A stretch of 59,359 nt of DNA, the filler included, from Platydemus manokwari (taxonomy: Eukaryota): assembly GCA_037951405.1 (NCBI GenBank). It is 6 parts of 6 records of this genome, joined end to end, with 100 filler letters (N's around TTAATTAATTAA, not from the genome) between each part and the next. Parts side by side here need not be neighbours in the genome. Positions count along the whole stretch, not along the records: positions 11,998 to 21,139 come from JBBMOY011293317.1; positions 21,240 to 32,314 come from JBBMOY010929974.1; 4 more parts are not named here. One strand, given 5' to 3'. Below are positions 11,998 through 25,000 of this stretch, in pieces; positions within the stretch are counted from its first letter, which is position 1, and each line of letters starts with the position of its first letter. The position numbers and the translations under genes were made by a program. The notes below the pieces were generated by a model. That model did not search any database. It saw nothing but the letters and a program-made list of their open reading frames with translations, and was not told the DNA's origin.

Positions 11998-12800
11998 GTA
12001 ACTATGATATCGCACATCACAAGTTGCATTTAACAGTGGATTCAAATCAATTGTTACTACGAAGCAGTCCATACCAAATTGGCTAAATAAATGTGCAATT
12101 TCGACTAATCTCATTGTGCCTGTGAATTGTCGTTGAAGTTTAGTTTTAGCAAACAAATTATGTAGTAGATCATTCCGCTCTAATCGACAAAGTGAAAAAA
12201 TTGGACAAGTGGATTGCACAAGAAGTTAATAAAAAACAGAAACAAAATGATTTCGAATCTTACTTGATGTAACTTGTGATGAGAAATAGGTTAAATATGA
12301 CAATCGTAAACATTCACACTCCAAAAAGAAATATTTATAAAAGAACTGATGGTGAGTATTTGGGGGTCTAGTGCAGGTGTGATACATTATGATTTCCTGA
12401 AACATCACTTGACGATCACAGCACAAATATACTGCAACAGACAAGTCGAAATGATGTAAATCTTCAAAAAACAGTCTATATTGCTCAGTAAATCGACTCC
12501 TATCGTTATGCTCGATAACACTAGACCGCATACTGCACAGAAGACTGGTAAACTACAGTTTTATTGGAGTAGGAACTTCTTAATTATTTATTCCCCATAC
12601 TCCTCAGACCTAGGCCCCAACGATAATCATTACTTCCGCAATTTTGACACTTTTTAAGAGAAAAACAATTAAATTCCGGCGATGCTGTAAAACTGACCTT
12701 ACTGAAATTCATTATCTATAGTCTGCCAGGGTCGTGTACAATAGACCTGCACAATATGAAGCTTAAATGACAAAATCGTTTAGACAATATGAGTGCATAA
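11998..12800 (+). mobile_element. Degenerate mariner (DD34D, cecropia/Hsmar1-like) transposase
   Basis: Broken plus-strand frames give KVKKLDKWIAQE (WVPHEL motif), VTCDEK*VKYDN (first D), MVSIWGSSAGVIHYDFL, MLDNTRPHTA (second D, HDNARPH) and PYSSDLGPNDNHYF (YSPDLAPxD). Stops and frameshifts are present. Confidence 0.9.
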
Positions 12801-13612
12801 AAGTATAAAAAATTCCTTATATTCGTTGATTATCTATTTTCAACAATTTATCAATTCATATTCATCATCGATATTATGAATTAACCAGAGAAAAACAGTG
12901 AGAAAATAAATTCCAAATAATCAACAAATTATTACTGATATTCTCACAAAATATTCGATGTTTTATTTTTATTTTATGAGAACAAAAACAAATTACCCAC
13001 ACAATTTATTCATGAATATAACGTTGGTTTTCTGTGAGTCTTCAACAGAAAAAAAATGCTTTATCTTCTGATATAAAATCAATATTTCAAATTCAACAAA
13101 ATGATAAAATCATCCACAAAAATACCGACGGAGCATTTTTAGTTGTTTCTTATTATATCCAAAAGTTCATTCCATTATTGCCTTCATAACTTATAATTGA
13201 AAACAACCCATTTAACAATAACCCCAATCGAGATATTTATCATTTTTGTTTTGAAAATTTGAATTGTCATTACAGCTACGGGGAAAATTAATGGTGTTCA
13301 ACTACTAGTTGAATGTAGAGTTATGTTTTCACAATACCGGATAAGCTTTTCCAAATTTTTGTAAATAGAATTCTTTCGAGTTACAGCAAAAAACAACCTC
13401 TGTTAGGTGAAATACATTTTTATGCTTATACCATTGTTTTCATTTATTTTCAATGTGAATATTACAGAAAAAGCTTCAATTGGCTACTCAGTATCATTGT
13501 CAACGATATGGTTTTGAAAGTTTTAACCCAACCCATTCAATCCAACACAATCCCTATATGACCGATAATGATGACATGGGAAAAATGCAAGAACAAACAT
13601 CATCTAACGTAC

Positions 13613-13793
13613 TTTTCCAGCTTTACATTGAATGGCAACGACATTTTCATCATTTTGATCAAGATAATCTTGGATTTCTTTACAACAAGCAATCATCTGA
13701 TTAAACATTGGAGGGTTGTGATCGTTAAATGGGTATCTATGATTGATACTACCGAGTTCGAATTGTTGTTCATTAATCTGTCTTTCATTACAT
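13613..13793 (-). CDS. PTEN: PTEN-family lipid/protein phosphatase exon (D-loop to P-loop); the other exons were not located
   Basis: ttttatag|A TGT...GGA AAA|gtacgt encodes CNERQINEQQFELGSINHRYPFNDHNPPMFNQMIACCKEIQDYLDQNDENVVAIQCKAGK. This aligns with human PTEN CAER...YPFEDHNPP...HVAAIHCKAGK. Absent from the ORF track. The symbol marks the family; orthology is not established. Confidence 0.8.
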
Positions 13794-16700
13794 CTATAAA
13801 AAATTCATCAACATCTTTCTATAATGTAAAATATGTCATAAAATTAAAATCTCAATTCTGGTAAATTTAATTTCAAATAAATTCCTCAAATAAACCTCCG
13901 AATGGTCAAAGAAATATGATAAAGAAAAACACAATATTGATGTGAGGATGTATTTATGACATGCTACGACGAAAATAAATGAAATATGAATCTGCCAGTG
14001 ATCAATAAATAGAGTTTATTGATTTAGGTCTGTACTGCCTTCTTATAAAGAGCTATAAAACCGGACTTGTCATGGATCAGAGCATATATATAGATGGGTG
14101 GATGGACGCATGCATAATACAGTTTTAAGAGAAGTTCTAATATGGAATCAAATCGATAGAATCAATAGAATCTTATCTAAGAATCATACATTCCAAGTAT
14201 ATATTTAAATAAACATGAATATCCTTAATTTTAATTTTTTATACCAAAATTGAAACAAAAATTTTCCCAAATTTCTATCCTGTTCAATGTCAATTTTTCT
14301 CGATACAGTTTTTTCCCACAGACTGATATCCTTCAAATTTGCTTTTACATTAAACTGAAACACTATGACACAAATTTTCCCACATCTTTCGTTCAACGGA
14401 AGACTGGTAATTGTTTTATGTAGTAAATTTCAGACAAGAAAAGTCTGTATGATGAAATTCAATATACGTTGTTCGAATTCTACAATGTGGGTGGACTAGA
14501 GCGCAATGCATATAATGACATCAACACAGACTCACGTGATGAGCAAATAATAAATCTCCTTGAAATCAGAAGCAAGATGAGAGAAATGCATGATTGTGAA
14601 TTATTTTAATAATATTATGCAAAATACACAGTAAATTATATTCTGAGATTATGAGATAATCTATCCATTATATGTATCTTTTACCGATATTTAATGAACA
14701 AGTCGTAGAAAAGAGTTTTTCTATACAAAAGATTCGATTATAATGATATTATGTTTAATAATAAAATGGAAGAAAAAAGAATTTTAATATAAAAGGTTTG
14801 ATCATAATAATATTGTATTACTATTATCAAGAATAATTATCATTATAATCGTGAATTATAAATATTAAAAAAGTTTCGAAACGAATCTAGAAATGTTTAA
14901 GAATAAATCATTGATGTTGGAATATATCAACCGTGAGTACCCGATTATTAATAGTCTTTTGTCATCTTCTCAATTCATCAATCAACAAGGATGATATAAT
15001 TTTTCGATTAATATAATTTTTATTCATACTTCTCTAAAATTTCTATTGCAATTTAATGAAGAGGTATTTTGTTATCGAAAATGGTACATGAGCAACCATC
15101 ACGTAGAGAAAGTTAACTCTTTTCAAAACAGAGCTTAAAAGCTTAAATAAGAAAAACCTTCATCTGATATTAGTTTTTTATTAGACATTTATGAAGAATG
15201 AGAATGTGTACGATTGGTGTTGATTAAATTATTACTATCATTATAAATTCCAAATTCGCTTCTAATGATTTCTAAAACATAAATCGCAAAAGGAAACTCA
15301 TAAATATTGTCTGATATTAATAATTGTATAACAAAATTAATAGTTCATGAAATAAATTATAAAAATCCTGAAACAAAATTTAGAAAAGAATTTACAAAAC
15401 CATAATAATACATTCAATTAATCTAATCTCAAATAACCAGCACAGAGATGTTAGACAAACTTTAAATGTGGGTCGATTTACAAACAAAACAAATTTAGAG
15501 TTACATGCAGTCTAGTATTTATTACCTTATTCAATATCAGCTGATTATAATTAAATTTCAGACAGGCTAAATAACAATCACTCAAAAAAGGGGGGAAATA
15601 GCAATTAAAATACATCGAATCGTACAGGTAATTTCTTTTGATAGTTTGTTAATTATCGATTTCAATATGTAGTCCATCCATAGTTCGGTTACGCAGTAGT
15701 TTCTACTCACTACTAACTAATATGACCAACCATTTAATCATTCATTCATTGGGGAATTTCACACACACACATACATTCACTATCATTTATCATTCATCTT
15801 AATGTGTGTATGTATTTTAAAATTTTATTTCGACTTGCTATAAGCACACATCTCACAATATATATTATAAAATCTCTAATCTAGGCCACTGGGCCACAAA
15901 TTTGGTAGTTTTACACTAACACAATCTAAATCCATCACAATCCAATGGGTAATGATATTCCCTCATTAACAACAATGAATATCTGAACTGCCTTAACCTT
16001 ATTAATGTGAACCAATTACCTACATCAATACATTTCTTTTGCAAATCCAACATTTCCCATCCAATGAAAACCAATCCAACACTTATCAGTGATGAAAAAT
16101 ATTCATAAATAAATCCACAACCCAGACATATCAATACAAACCATTACCCATCGATAAAACCATTACAATGAAGTTCTCCACAACTATAAACACTAAACAA
16201 AAATTGTTTATCTTATCTATCGTAATTTAATCGAAAACCATATAATAGTTTATCGAAAAAATGCATACAAGTTAAACAATATCAATATTAACAATACCAA
16301 ACAAGCCTAAATAAGCCAAAATCACCAAACAAAAAAAACGATTCGATATGTATCGAAATTAATAGTATTAGAAAAGTCAGCGACTGCATTCCAAAAACCA
16401 TGGCTACTGACACATAGATTTCATTGTACTTTGGTTTTTATAACAACTTTATAATAATACAAATCAATTCAAACAAAAAAATATCCAATAAATATGAGAC
16501 TTATGGTGTAGAATTAAGATGACAAATATGGCTTCAACATGATATTGGAAAATGAAGACGTTTCCATTCAAACTGTCAAACACATCCATCGGAAGTCATG
16601 GTTTTTTTTAAAACAATAAATAAAATAAGCTGTGCACAAAATTATGATTAAAATTCAAAATATGATAAACCAACCAATGTCATTATTCAAAAATCACAAT

Positions 16701-17358
16701 TAACATTCCTTTGTCAAAATGTGATCACAAAATGAAAATTATTTGAAAAACTATCTAAAGTTCAATGAAATATTTTCTACAACAAAAATAGCGAGAGAGA
16801 TTAATCAAACAAAAATCAAACAAAAAATCGTGATTGTCAAGATCGATTTTCTGAATGACAAATGAAATAATAGACATCAATCGATTTTCGAATATATTTC
16901 ATTCACAAAAAAATGTACTTCCATTTTTATGTTGATAAAGCTCTTTAAAATACTAGTTTTCCAGTTATCTTCCCTAGAGATCGATCGATTCTCAAATTGT
17001 CATCATTGATTTTGTTGTTTAAATTGTTGATATAAATAAAAATACGGAAAATTTATTATTTCAAAATTATACAAATATTTCAAGATGCATCTGGTGTGTG
17101 GTAAGGACTAAATGATTTTCATGAGATTTTCAAAAAATTTTCTCAAAATTTAATTGCGGTAAAATGCTGTATTGCCAAGCTTATATGTTGGACAATATAT
17201 AGGCATCGAACAGAAATTTTCATTGTCACGTGTAAGAATTTACAGATTTAGCTGGATAGATTATCTTTTCTGTGAATATAATAACTGTGAGATGATGACT
17301 TATACGGAATTAGTGTTCATGATCAATCGATAACGGATCAGTGAATGCCCGTGAGTAT

Positions 17359-17907
17359 TATGAGCATTTCAAATTGAATTGAAATTTTTAAAGATTTAAT
17401 TCTGTGTAAAAATTTTGTATTAAAAATTGATGTATTGCTCGAATAGATTTTTTCTTTTGTTGTAAAGATGACTTTTGATTTGAATATTAAAAATGAAGAA
17501 ATTTTGGCAACTAATATGACGACCACGCATCAGGATTCGATTTTGAGAAGATCAATGACTGAAAATCATGGAAAAGTAGAAGAAAGATTTTGAGACCAAA
17601 TCGAGAATATATAAAGAAGATGTAAAGAATATTTAAAGTAGATATAAAGAAGATTTAGAGAAGGTATAAACCAGATAGAAGAACTAGAGTTTTTATGTAC
17701 ATAAATATCTGAGCATTCGATACAATGCCAATTAAGAATACAGAGAAAATCAAAGATTTTAAAGAAAGGGGGCTGTGAACATTTTAAATTAAATTAAAAT
17801 TAATTAATTAAAATTTTGTTTAAATAATTGTATTTATATATAATTAGATCTCGTGACTTTTGGATTCGTTTTTAATGTGTGGATCTTTTAAATAGTAGCT
17901 GCTAACA
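17359..17907 (+). mobile_element. TRIM-like non-autonomous LTR retroelement, copy 3, with perfect 5-bp TSD
   Basis: AGTAT (17354-17358) and AGTAT (17908-17912) flank TATGAGC...; PBS TGACGACCACGCATCAGGATTCGA at 17517; interior closely similar to copy 2; PPT AAAGAAAGGGGG; 3' LTR TGTGAAC(17774)...TAGTAGCTGCTAACA(17907). Confidence 0.85.
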
Positions 17908-20579
17908 AGTATGAATCAATTAATGTATTAAATAATTCATTTCAATGTCTAGCGGTGGATTACCTATTGAAATTGACTAAAGATTTAATCAATAAACTCT
18001 CATAGCATCCGCTATCATCATTCGTGCAAATCTAGACCCTAAATGAAATATGATTAATATGGAATAATCCTTGCTACAGTCCCAAATCTTATTCGATATT
18101 TCAAAGAGATTCACAACATCCTTTACTACTATAATGGGCAACAATTTATTAAATCCGATATAAAAAGAAATATTTTTTTCTGTTTCGATCTTATAAAACA
18201 CATTTAATTTCTTAGGGTTTTTATTAGCTAATTAATCCTGTTAAATTTTTACCACACTGACTATGGATAGTGAATAAAATTGGTCTTGAATGACACGTAA
18301 TTGGTTTCCAATACTAGATATTATAAGCTACACCTTTTTACTATTAAATCTCGTTCCGATTTGATTTCGTTCTTGATTCATTAAAATTGTCAACCCATTA
18401 AAAATCCATACACCATTCACATAAATACACTTCAACAAATACAAAATATATCAGATTGAACAGTTAGAGGGTCAAATCTTTAAACAAGTACGGAACCAAT
18501 TCAATTTATTTCTCTAAAATCAATATTAAATATAGAATCAAAACTTGATTGTTGTCTTTAGAAACAATATCAATAACAATTTTTCACACATGTTACGGTC
18601 GAATGATTAAGGTAGCAGTTTATAAGGTAAAGAGCTTAATAAGAGCTTAACAATTTCTGCAAAAATCAAATCATTTCAATGAGACCGTTAATGAATTTAA
18701 AAATATCGGCAATGTCGATTTTCCAATGGCATGAAGTTTTTATACCGACTATAAATGAATTCAATGAAATGATTGTCATTAACGTTTCCATAGTTACTCC
18801 AATATGCCATTTAAACTTACAGATCAAATGAGTCATTGTGATGTTCGATAAGAATTTTATCAAATCGCATAGAATCGATAAATAAAAGTGGAAATGTTTT
18901 AAATGTCATTATTGGAAGCATCACCAATCACACTTATCACACACGATCACTGGCCGATAAACACGGATTTTGATAAATTCATTAATATTTTTTTTATTCT
19001 TCACAAATCGAAGAAATTTTTTTATAAAATATGAAATTTTTTTCATTAAAATAGTTTTTTGATCGAACTGAATTAATATCGTAATTTCCGTGATTACAAA
19101 CGCAGTTTTTCTGATTTCAAATTTCCTGTAATATGTTTTATCGAATTGCGATATTATTTTTTTAATGATGACAAAAAAATTAAAAATCAATTTTAGCACA
19201 CATCAGTAATGCAGTATTATCTCAATCATAGTTTTAACCAAGGAATGAAAAACTAATGATAAATTGAGTGCGTCATATGTTTCTAAAAATATCCACCATT
19301 TTCATTCGTACAAAGACAAATTTAATTCTCAAATAACTTGACAGAACACTTTTCCACACACCCATTCATCAACGTCATGGAGTGCAACGTAAATTCGACT
19401 TTCTATGAATTCCTGGAGATTCGCTATAAAACATCCTGTATATAGTACATTAGGTTTCATTCTTTAAACTGCGTTATAAACGAAATAAAACAAAGATATT
19501 GAATTTCCAGCCTCCGACAACGCGATTCAAATATTTAGTTTAAAAAGACGAATGAAATCTGAAGCTTGATTCTTTTATTATGTCAAAACCAAAAGAATGA
19601 TACTGACAAAAATTGAAAAAAAGATTATCATTTAATATAATTAAAGCAGCGATAATCCACCAAACATCTATTAATATTTTAACTCTAAACCATGGGAAAC
19701 TCAATCTTTTGATTTCTTCACATTGAATTTCACAGTTAAAATAGCCTCAAACGTTACTTTTGCTTCTCTATCATTTCTTGAAATATTGACAAAATATTTA
19801 TATCGTTTATGGAGTGATCATAATAATATTCCCAATGAAACTACAATAAATAATCGTATAATTAAAATAAATGACAACATATTCGAATTTGTTATTTTGA
19901 AAAGAAAAGACCTATCGTGCGCACCTTAAGCAAATTATAAACAAATAAAAAATTCATCGATTTTGTTTATTTTTTGAAATTCTCGATTAAAAATTTAATT
20001 TATTTAAATATATGATGGACATTTTCAATATGAAACTAAAGCTAAAGAAATCATATTATCCTCGGTGGACAGAATGATTGTGACAGGCAGCTTCTAGTTA
20101 TTGTCCAAAAATGGAAATTGAATTTATATTTCTCACAGAAATCTCATGTGTTTTCTCAATGGCTAATTACATGAGCAGTCAGTCACTGATTATTACTGGA
20201 GATAAAATATAAATACGAAAACACATACAAATACTAATACAAGTCAAAGACTGACAACATGATTGGTTAATTAATATTCATTCCAGACTTCAAACAAAAG
20301 AAAACCAAGTTCCCGAGGAAACTAATACTGGATTCAATCAAAATTACATGCATCTTTGTGAAGAATTTTAAAGAAAATCAAATTTCAAATATAAGACATG
20401 TGCCGACATATCGAATTTCTAATTAGTTAGTTTTGGGCTTTTTATAAATTTTCAAATATTTGTCTCTATGTTTTCCCGAATAATCAAACGGAATTTATTT
20501 CTATATAAATATCTGAGAAGTTTTATTTGAACGATAATGAATTATGTTTTGGTCTATTATTTTAAAAAATAATCTCAAG

Positions 20580-21030
20580 TCAATAATATATAGTAATCAA
20601 TAATGATAATAATAGATAATAAATAATTGATAATAAATGATGATAGATAATCAATAAGAGATTATAAATGCTCGATAATAAATGATGATGGATAATCAAT
20701 AATAAATGATCGATAATAGATAGTGACAGATGATCAATAAGAGATTACAAATGAGCAATAATAGATGGTGATAGATAATCAATAATAAATGATCGATAAT
20801 AGATGGTGATAGATAATCAATAATAAGTTATAGGAAATCAATTATAAATAATAATCAATAATCATGGGAACACATGATTAATAGACAATCAATAATATTA
20901 AATAAATAATCAAAAATAATAGAGTAATAAATAAAAAATTAAAATAGATTGTCAATAATAGGAAATAACTAATAAATAATTTTATCAAGACCAATAATAG
21001 ATAATAACAAATATTCGATAATCGATAATC
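20580..21030. repeat. Minisatellite/low-complexity array of GATAAT-rich units (~38 and ~45 bp)
   Basis: Recurrent units GATAATA(A/G)ATG(A/G)TGATAGATAATCAATAA followed by either TAAATGATC or GAGATTATAAATGCTC, clearest at 20630-20825. Confidence 0.75.
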
Positions 21031-21139
21031 TATAATATTTAATCAGTAATATATAATGAATTACCACTCATAATTGGTCAGTAGTAATTATATATGTGAG
21101 GCTTATTTAAAAATACGATAAATAATTAAAATTTTCATA

Positions 21140-21239
21140 NNNNNNNNNNNNNNNNNNNNNNNNNNNNNNNNNNNNNNNNNNNNTTAATTAATTAANNNNN
21201 NNNNNNNNNNNNNNNNNNNNNNNNNNNNNNNNNNNNNNN
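21140..21239. other. Assembly gap with TTAATTAATTAA linker
   Basis: 44N + linker (21184-21195) + 44N. Confidence 0.97.
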
Positions 21240-22007
21240 GTAGTTAAATCTACTTTAATGTCAACTTACACAAATTTAATAAAATAATAGCAACTAACAT
21301 GCTTTATCATATTTTATTGAAAAAAATGTGCTCTTCTCAATTGATGTAACCCATTAAACGAAAGATTTTCAAGCACATAAAATTGTTCTTAAAAATTATC
21401 TTTTATTGACAATTAAGATAGACTGAATAAACCAGTAGCGAAATTTCATTATAACAGAAAATGTCCAAGCAACGTTGAAGAAAGAAAATCATTTATCATG
21501 CTATTAAATGCTGCACAGTCAGAATAAATGAAAAATAATTTTCTATATTACAAATTAAATGTCACATCATCGGACTTTTCATGGCGAATATCAATGCATT
21601 TGAAGAAAATACTGGAAATTCGATATGGTTGAGAACTGACAGAAAATAAGACAAAAATATTTATTATGTTTGAATAATGACTAAAGTAGTCACAAAGAAT
21701 TACCTTTGAGATATAAATAGACAAAATTTGATAATTAATAATACTAATAGATTAATAATAATAATTATTATTATTATAAACTATCATTATAAAAATATCA
21801 GTAATATTTCTGAATAATTTATATTTTTAAAAATTATATTTTCGACTAAATTGATGTCTTATTTTTATATCGTTTATGTATGAATTTGATTTATTTTATA
21901 TAAATATGTTTTGTGCAGAATTTGTCAAATATTTACATCCAATTAAAATTACCACCGAAAATAGAAACAAGATTAATAATAAATTTACAGCAAGTAAAAT
22001 TAAATAC

Positions 22008-25000
22008 CTGGTCTAGCTTTGACAATCAAACGAGCAAAAACTTTTTTATCAAAAACTTTGCATACATAAATGCCTTCATGTCTTTTTAAAACATTATCAA
22101 TGGTCACAAATGATGTTGAAGATGCCACAGGTGGATTTTCGATTTTTGCTTCCGGTGGTAGATCAATCTCTGTCGTAGATTTTTCTGGAATGAATTTCCA
22201 TACTATGGAGCTCGAATTGATATTTTTCGTATCAATTCGACAATGTACCTCGGCAGCTTGATTCACATTATCGGCTGCCGTTTGAAGAAGAGGACCTATT
22301 TCAAGTAGAACTCCGGCTTTGGAAATAATTAAAATTTAATAGACAAAGTAATTAGCTCAGATTACTTTTTTCCAATAATAATTTAGCAGCAAGAACTAAT
22401 GATCCTTGGAAACATTTGTAAGTTCCTTCGTGTTCAAGTGACATATCTTTCAAAATCAGAATACTGACAGACTTGGTATCTAGTCTTCCCATTAATTTTT
22501 TAAATGTTGGGTCGTTTTCATCGAGTTTTTTGTCATTAAGGGTCCAAATAATCTGATTTAGAATTTTTATTTATTAAATTATAAATACAAATAATTCTAA
22601 TAATTTAATTAAAATTAGTAAAAAGTGATAATTTGCAAATTATACACAAATTTCCACATTTGTAAAGAAGTCTATTATAACTTGATAAAAAATTGAGTAA
22701 AACTCCGTTTTAATAAAGATAAATATGTTAAGTATATGATGGAAAAAAATGTAGTAGAAAACACAAATAGAGTACTGGGTTATAACATTGACGGCATTAT
22801 TCAAAACTATTAGGAAACTTTCAAATAGCTTTTGTATTTTTGTAATTTTAATGTCGATCTTTAAATACGATATGCTTAAGAAGCCGATAACCGACATCTC
22901 ATGGGGTAAATTTAAGTATAACATTCGAGTTATAATATTATTATGATTTATAAAAAATTCAATTCATAAGGGCTTTAAGCATATCTTAAAGATTATTTTT
23001 TTAATTGTAAAACACACCACCTGCATCAGCGTTCTTAAAATAAATAATATTTAAATATAATACATTATTTTTACTAAAACTTGGACAAGTAATTATTCTA
23101 GATCATTTGCCGGCTTATTTAAATATTTATTTAATATTATTCTGGTAAAACCGATTTTAATAATTTAATTGCTAACCTTCCCGATAAAGCCGACATTTCT
23201 ATTTTATTATATTTATGGCTACTTCGACATTTAGAATTTAATTTAATACATGTGGTCATTTTCAATGTTTAAAATAATACATAGAACACAGTTCAACAAA
23301 TTACATTGGTCAACAAATTTTAAAAAATTTAAAAGAAAGTGGGTGATTCTTGTTTATTTTAAGCCAAAAGTAGGGTTTTAGAATTTTACTACGACGTAGG
23401 GCTATTGAAGGACAGTCGTTTGAAATTTTGATTACATATTTGAAGGCAAAAATAGTAACAAAATTAATTAGATTATTTTTGCAACGAAACGCTATCTTTT
23501 GTTATTAATATTTGCTGGTTTCATGTATCTTTTGTTTCATGTTTTAGACTTATGAAAAAGTCCAGAAATTATTCTGCTTCCAGATTTGTTCTGCTACATT
23601 TGTGGTGAATTGACACTTAATTCTCATTGAAAAACTTTTCTTTTCATTATGAAGTGCAATGAACTATATTTTGGAAGACCAAAACAAAATTTAGACTTTC
23701 TCTATTCGTTGCTCAACATTTCCCCAAAATTCCGACGGAATAATCAACTGATGTTTGGCATATGAGTTTTGAATTTACTATAATTTGGAGAGAGTGCAAA
23801 AGTCATGCATCTGACTGGTATTTGAGCATGATAAACATTTCTGGAGTTACTTCCAAATCCAAAAATGTGTTTCTGTAAGTTCGATCATATTCCAATTCAC
23901 AAAAGAAACCTATGACATTATGAAACCTTACAATAAAATTGTGTATTTGTGGTGATTTGAAAGTCGCTGATAATTGACTTAGTTTTTTTTAACTTGATTG
24001 TACAAAATTATATTATTTTCTTAGACAGTGGGAAAGTAGACATTTTCGTGGAACCTCAAATTAGAGAACCAAAATCATTCTTCAAATATTAAATAATACT
24101 GGTAAAGCAGTATAGCAGACATTCAAAATTGTTTGTAATAACTTAGTGAGTAACAAGAAAGCGGAAATTATGTGGACATATTCAATATTCATTGAAAAAT
24201 ATAGTCTAGACCAGTGGTCTTCACACTTTTTGTGTTGCAACCAACTTTGAGAGTTTAAATTTTTTCACTACGGATTAAAATAAAAATAATAAAGTACATT
24301 TTTTAATAAAAAAAATTGTCACCAAACAATTAAAATATATTTAATAGCAACGGTTTTTGCATATTCTGGCATAAAACATCAAATCTTGGCTCTATTTCGG
24401 TGATAGCTGGTCTCAGTACTAATTTGAGATCTTTAAAATTTGATCGATATTTTGTCTCAATATAAGTCAGTGTCGAAAATATAATTTCTCGCGACCCCCA
24501 CCTTTTGAAGAACACTGGTATAAACGATAATTATTTATATTATTATTTGAAATCCGAAAGTCTTTATTTAAATTCAACAGAGCATTAGTATTATTTCTAG
24601 CAACTATTTTAAAAAGATTTTTAATTAAATCCCCATTATGCCAAAAAATAATATCAGTCGAAATTTGAAAACATTTTTTAAACTTAAAGTATGTCATTCC
24701 ACGTTCTTTCTAACAAATTATCATATTTTTATTAGTCATTTTAAATTAGATAATTAAACAAGCTATAATATTTTCATTTCTACCAAGAAATGCAACTTTT
24801 TCTAAAACATAAAAACTTAATATTTATTCTACTTTAGAATTTTTAAAAATAAAATTGCATTTTAAATAGAATAATTTAAATTATTTTGAAAATAATCTTG
24901 GCGACCTACCCATATTTGGTGAAGCTTGAATTAGATGAATTAGAGTTACTTAAGTTTTTATTAATTTAATAATTGATCATAGGAATCCCCCCATCAACAT

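Noticed and set aside
12226-12531. Minus-strand ORFs 11950-12219 and 12226-12531
   Set aside because: Antisense to the degenerate mariner transposase.
13480-13864. Plus-strand ORFs 13480-13704 and 13568-13864
   Set aside because: Antisense shadows of the PTEN-like exon.
20580-21030. Repeat array considered as possible CRISPR
   Set aside because: Eukaryotic context, no unique spacers and no cas genes; it is a minisatellite.
21870-22006. TM-like translation YLILLAVNLLLILFLFSVVILIGC just after the last Ig exon
   Set aside because: It is out of frame with the Ig exon and follows a good GT donor. T-rich intron DNA often translates as hydrophobic. It would need a frameshift error to be real.
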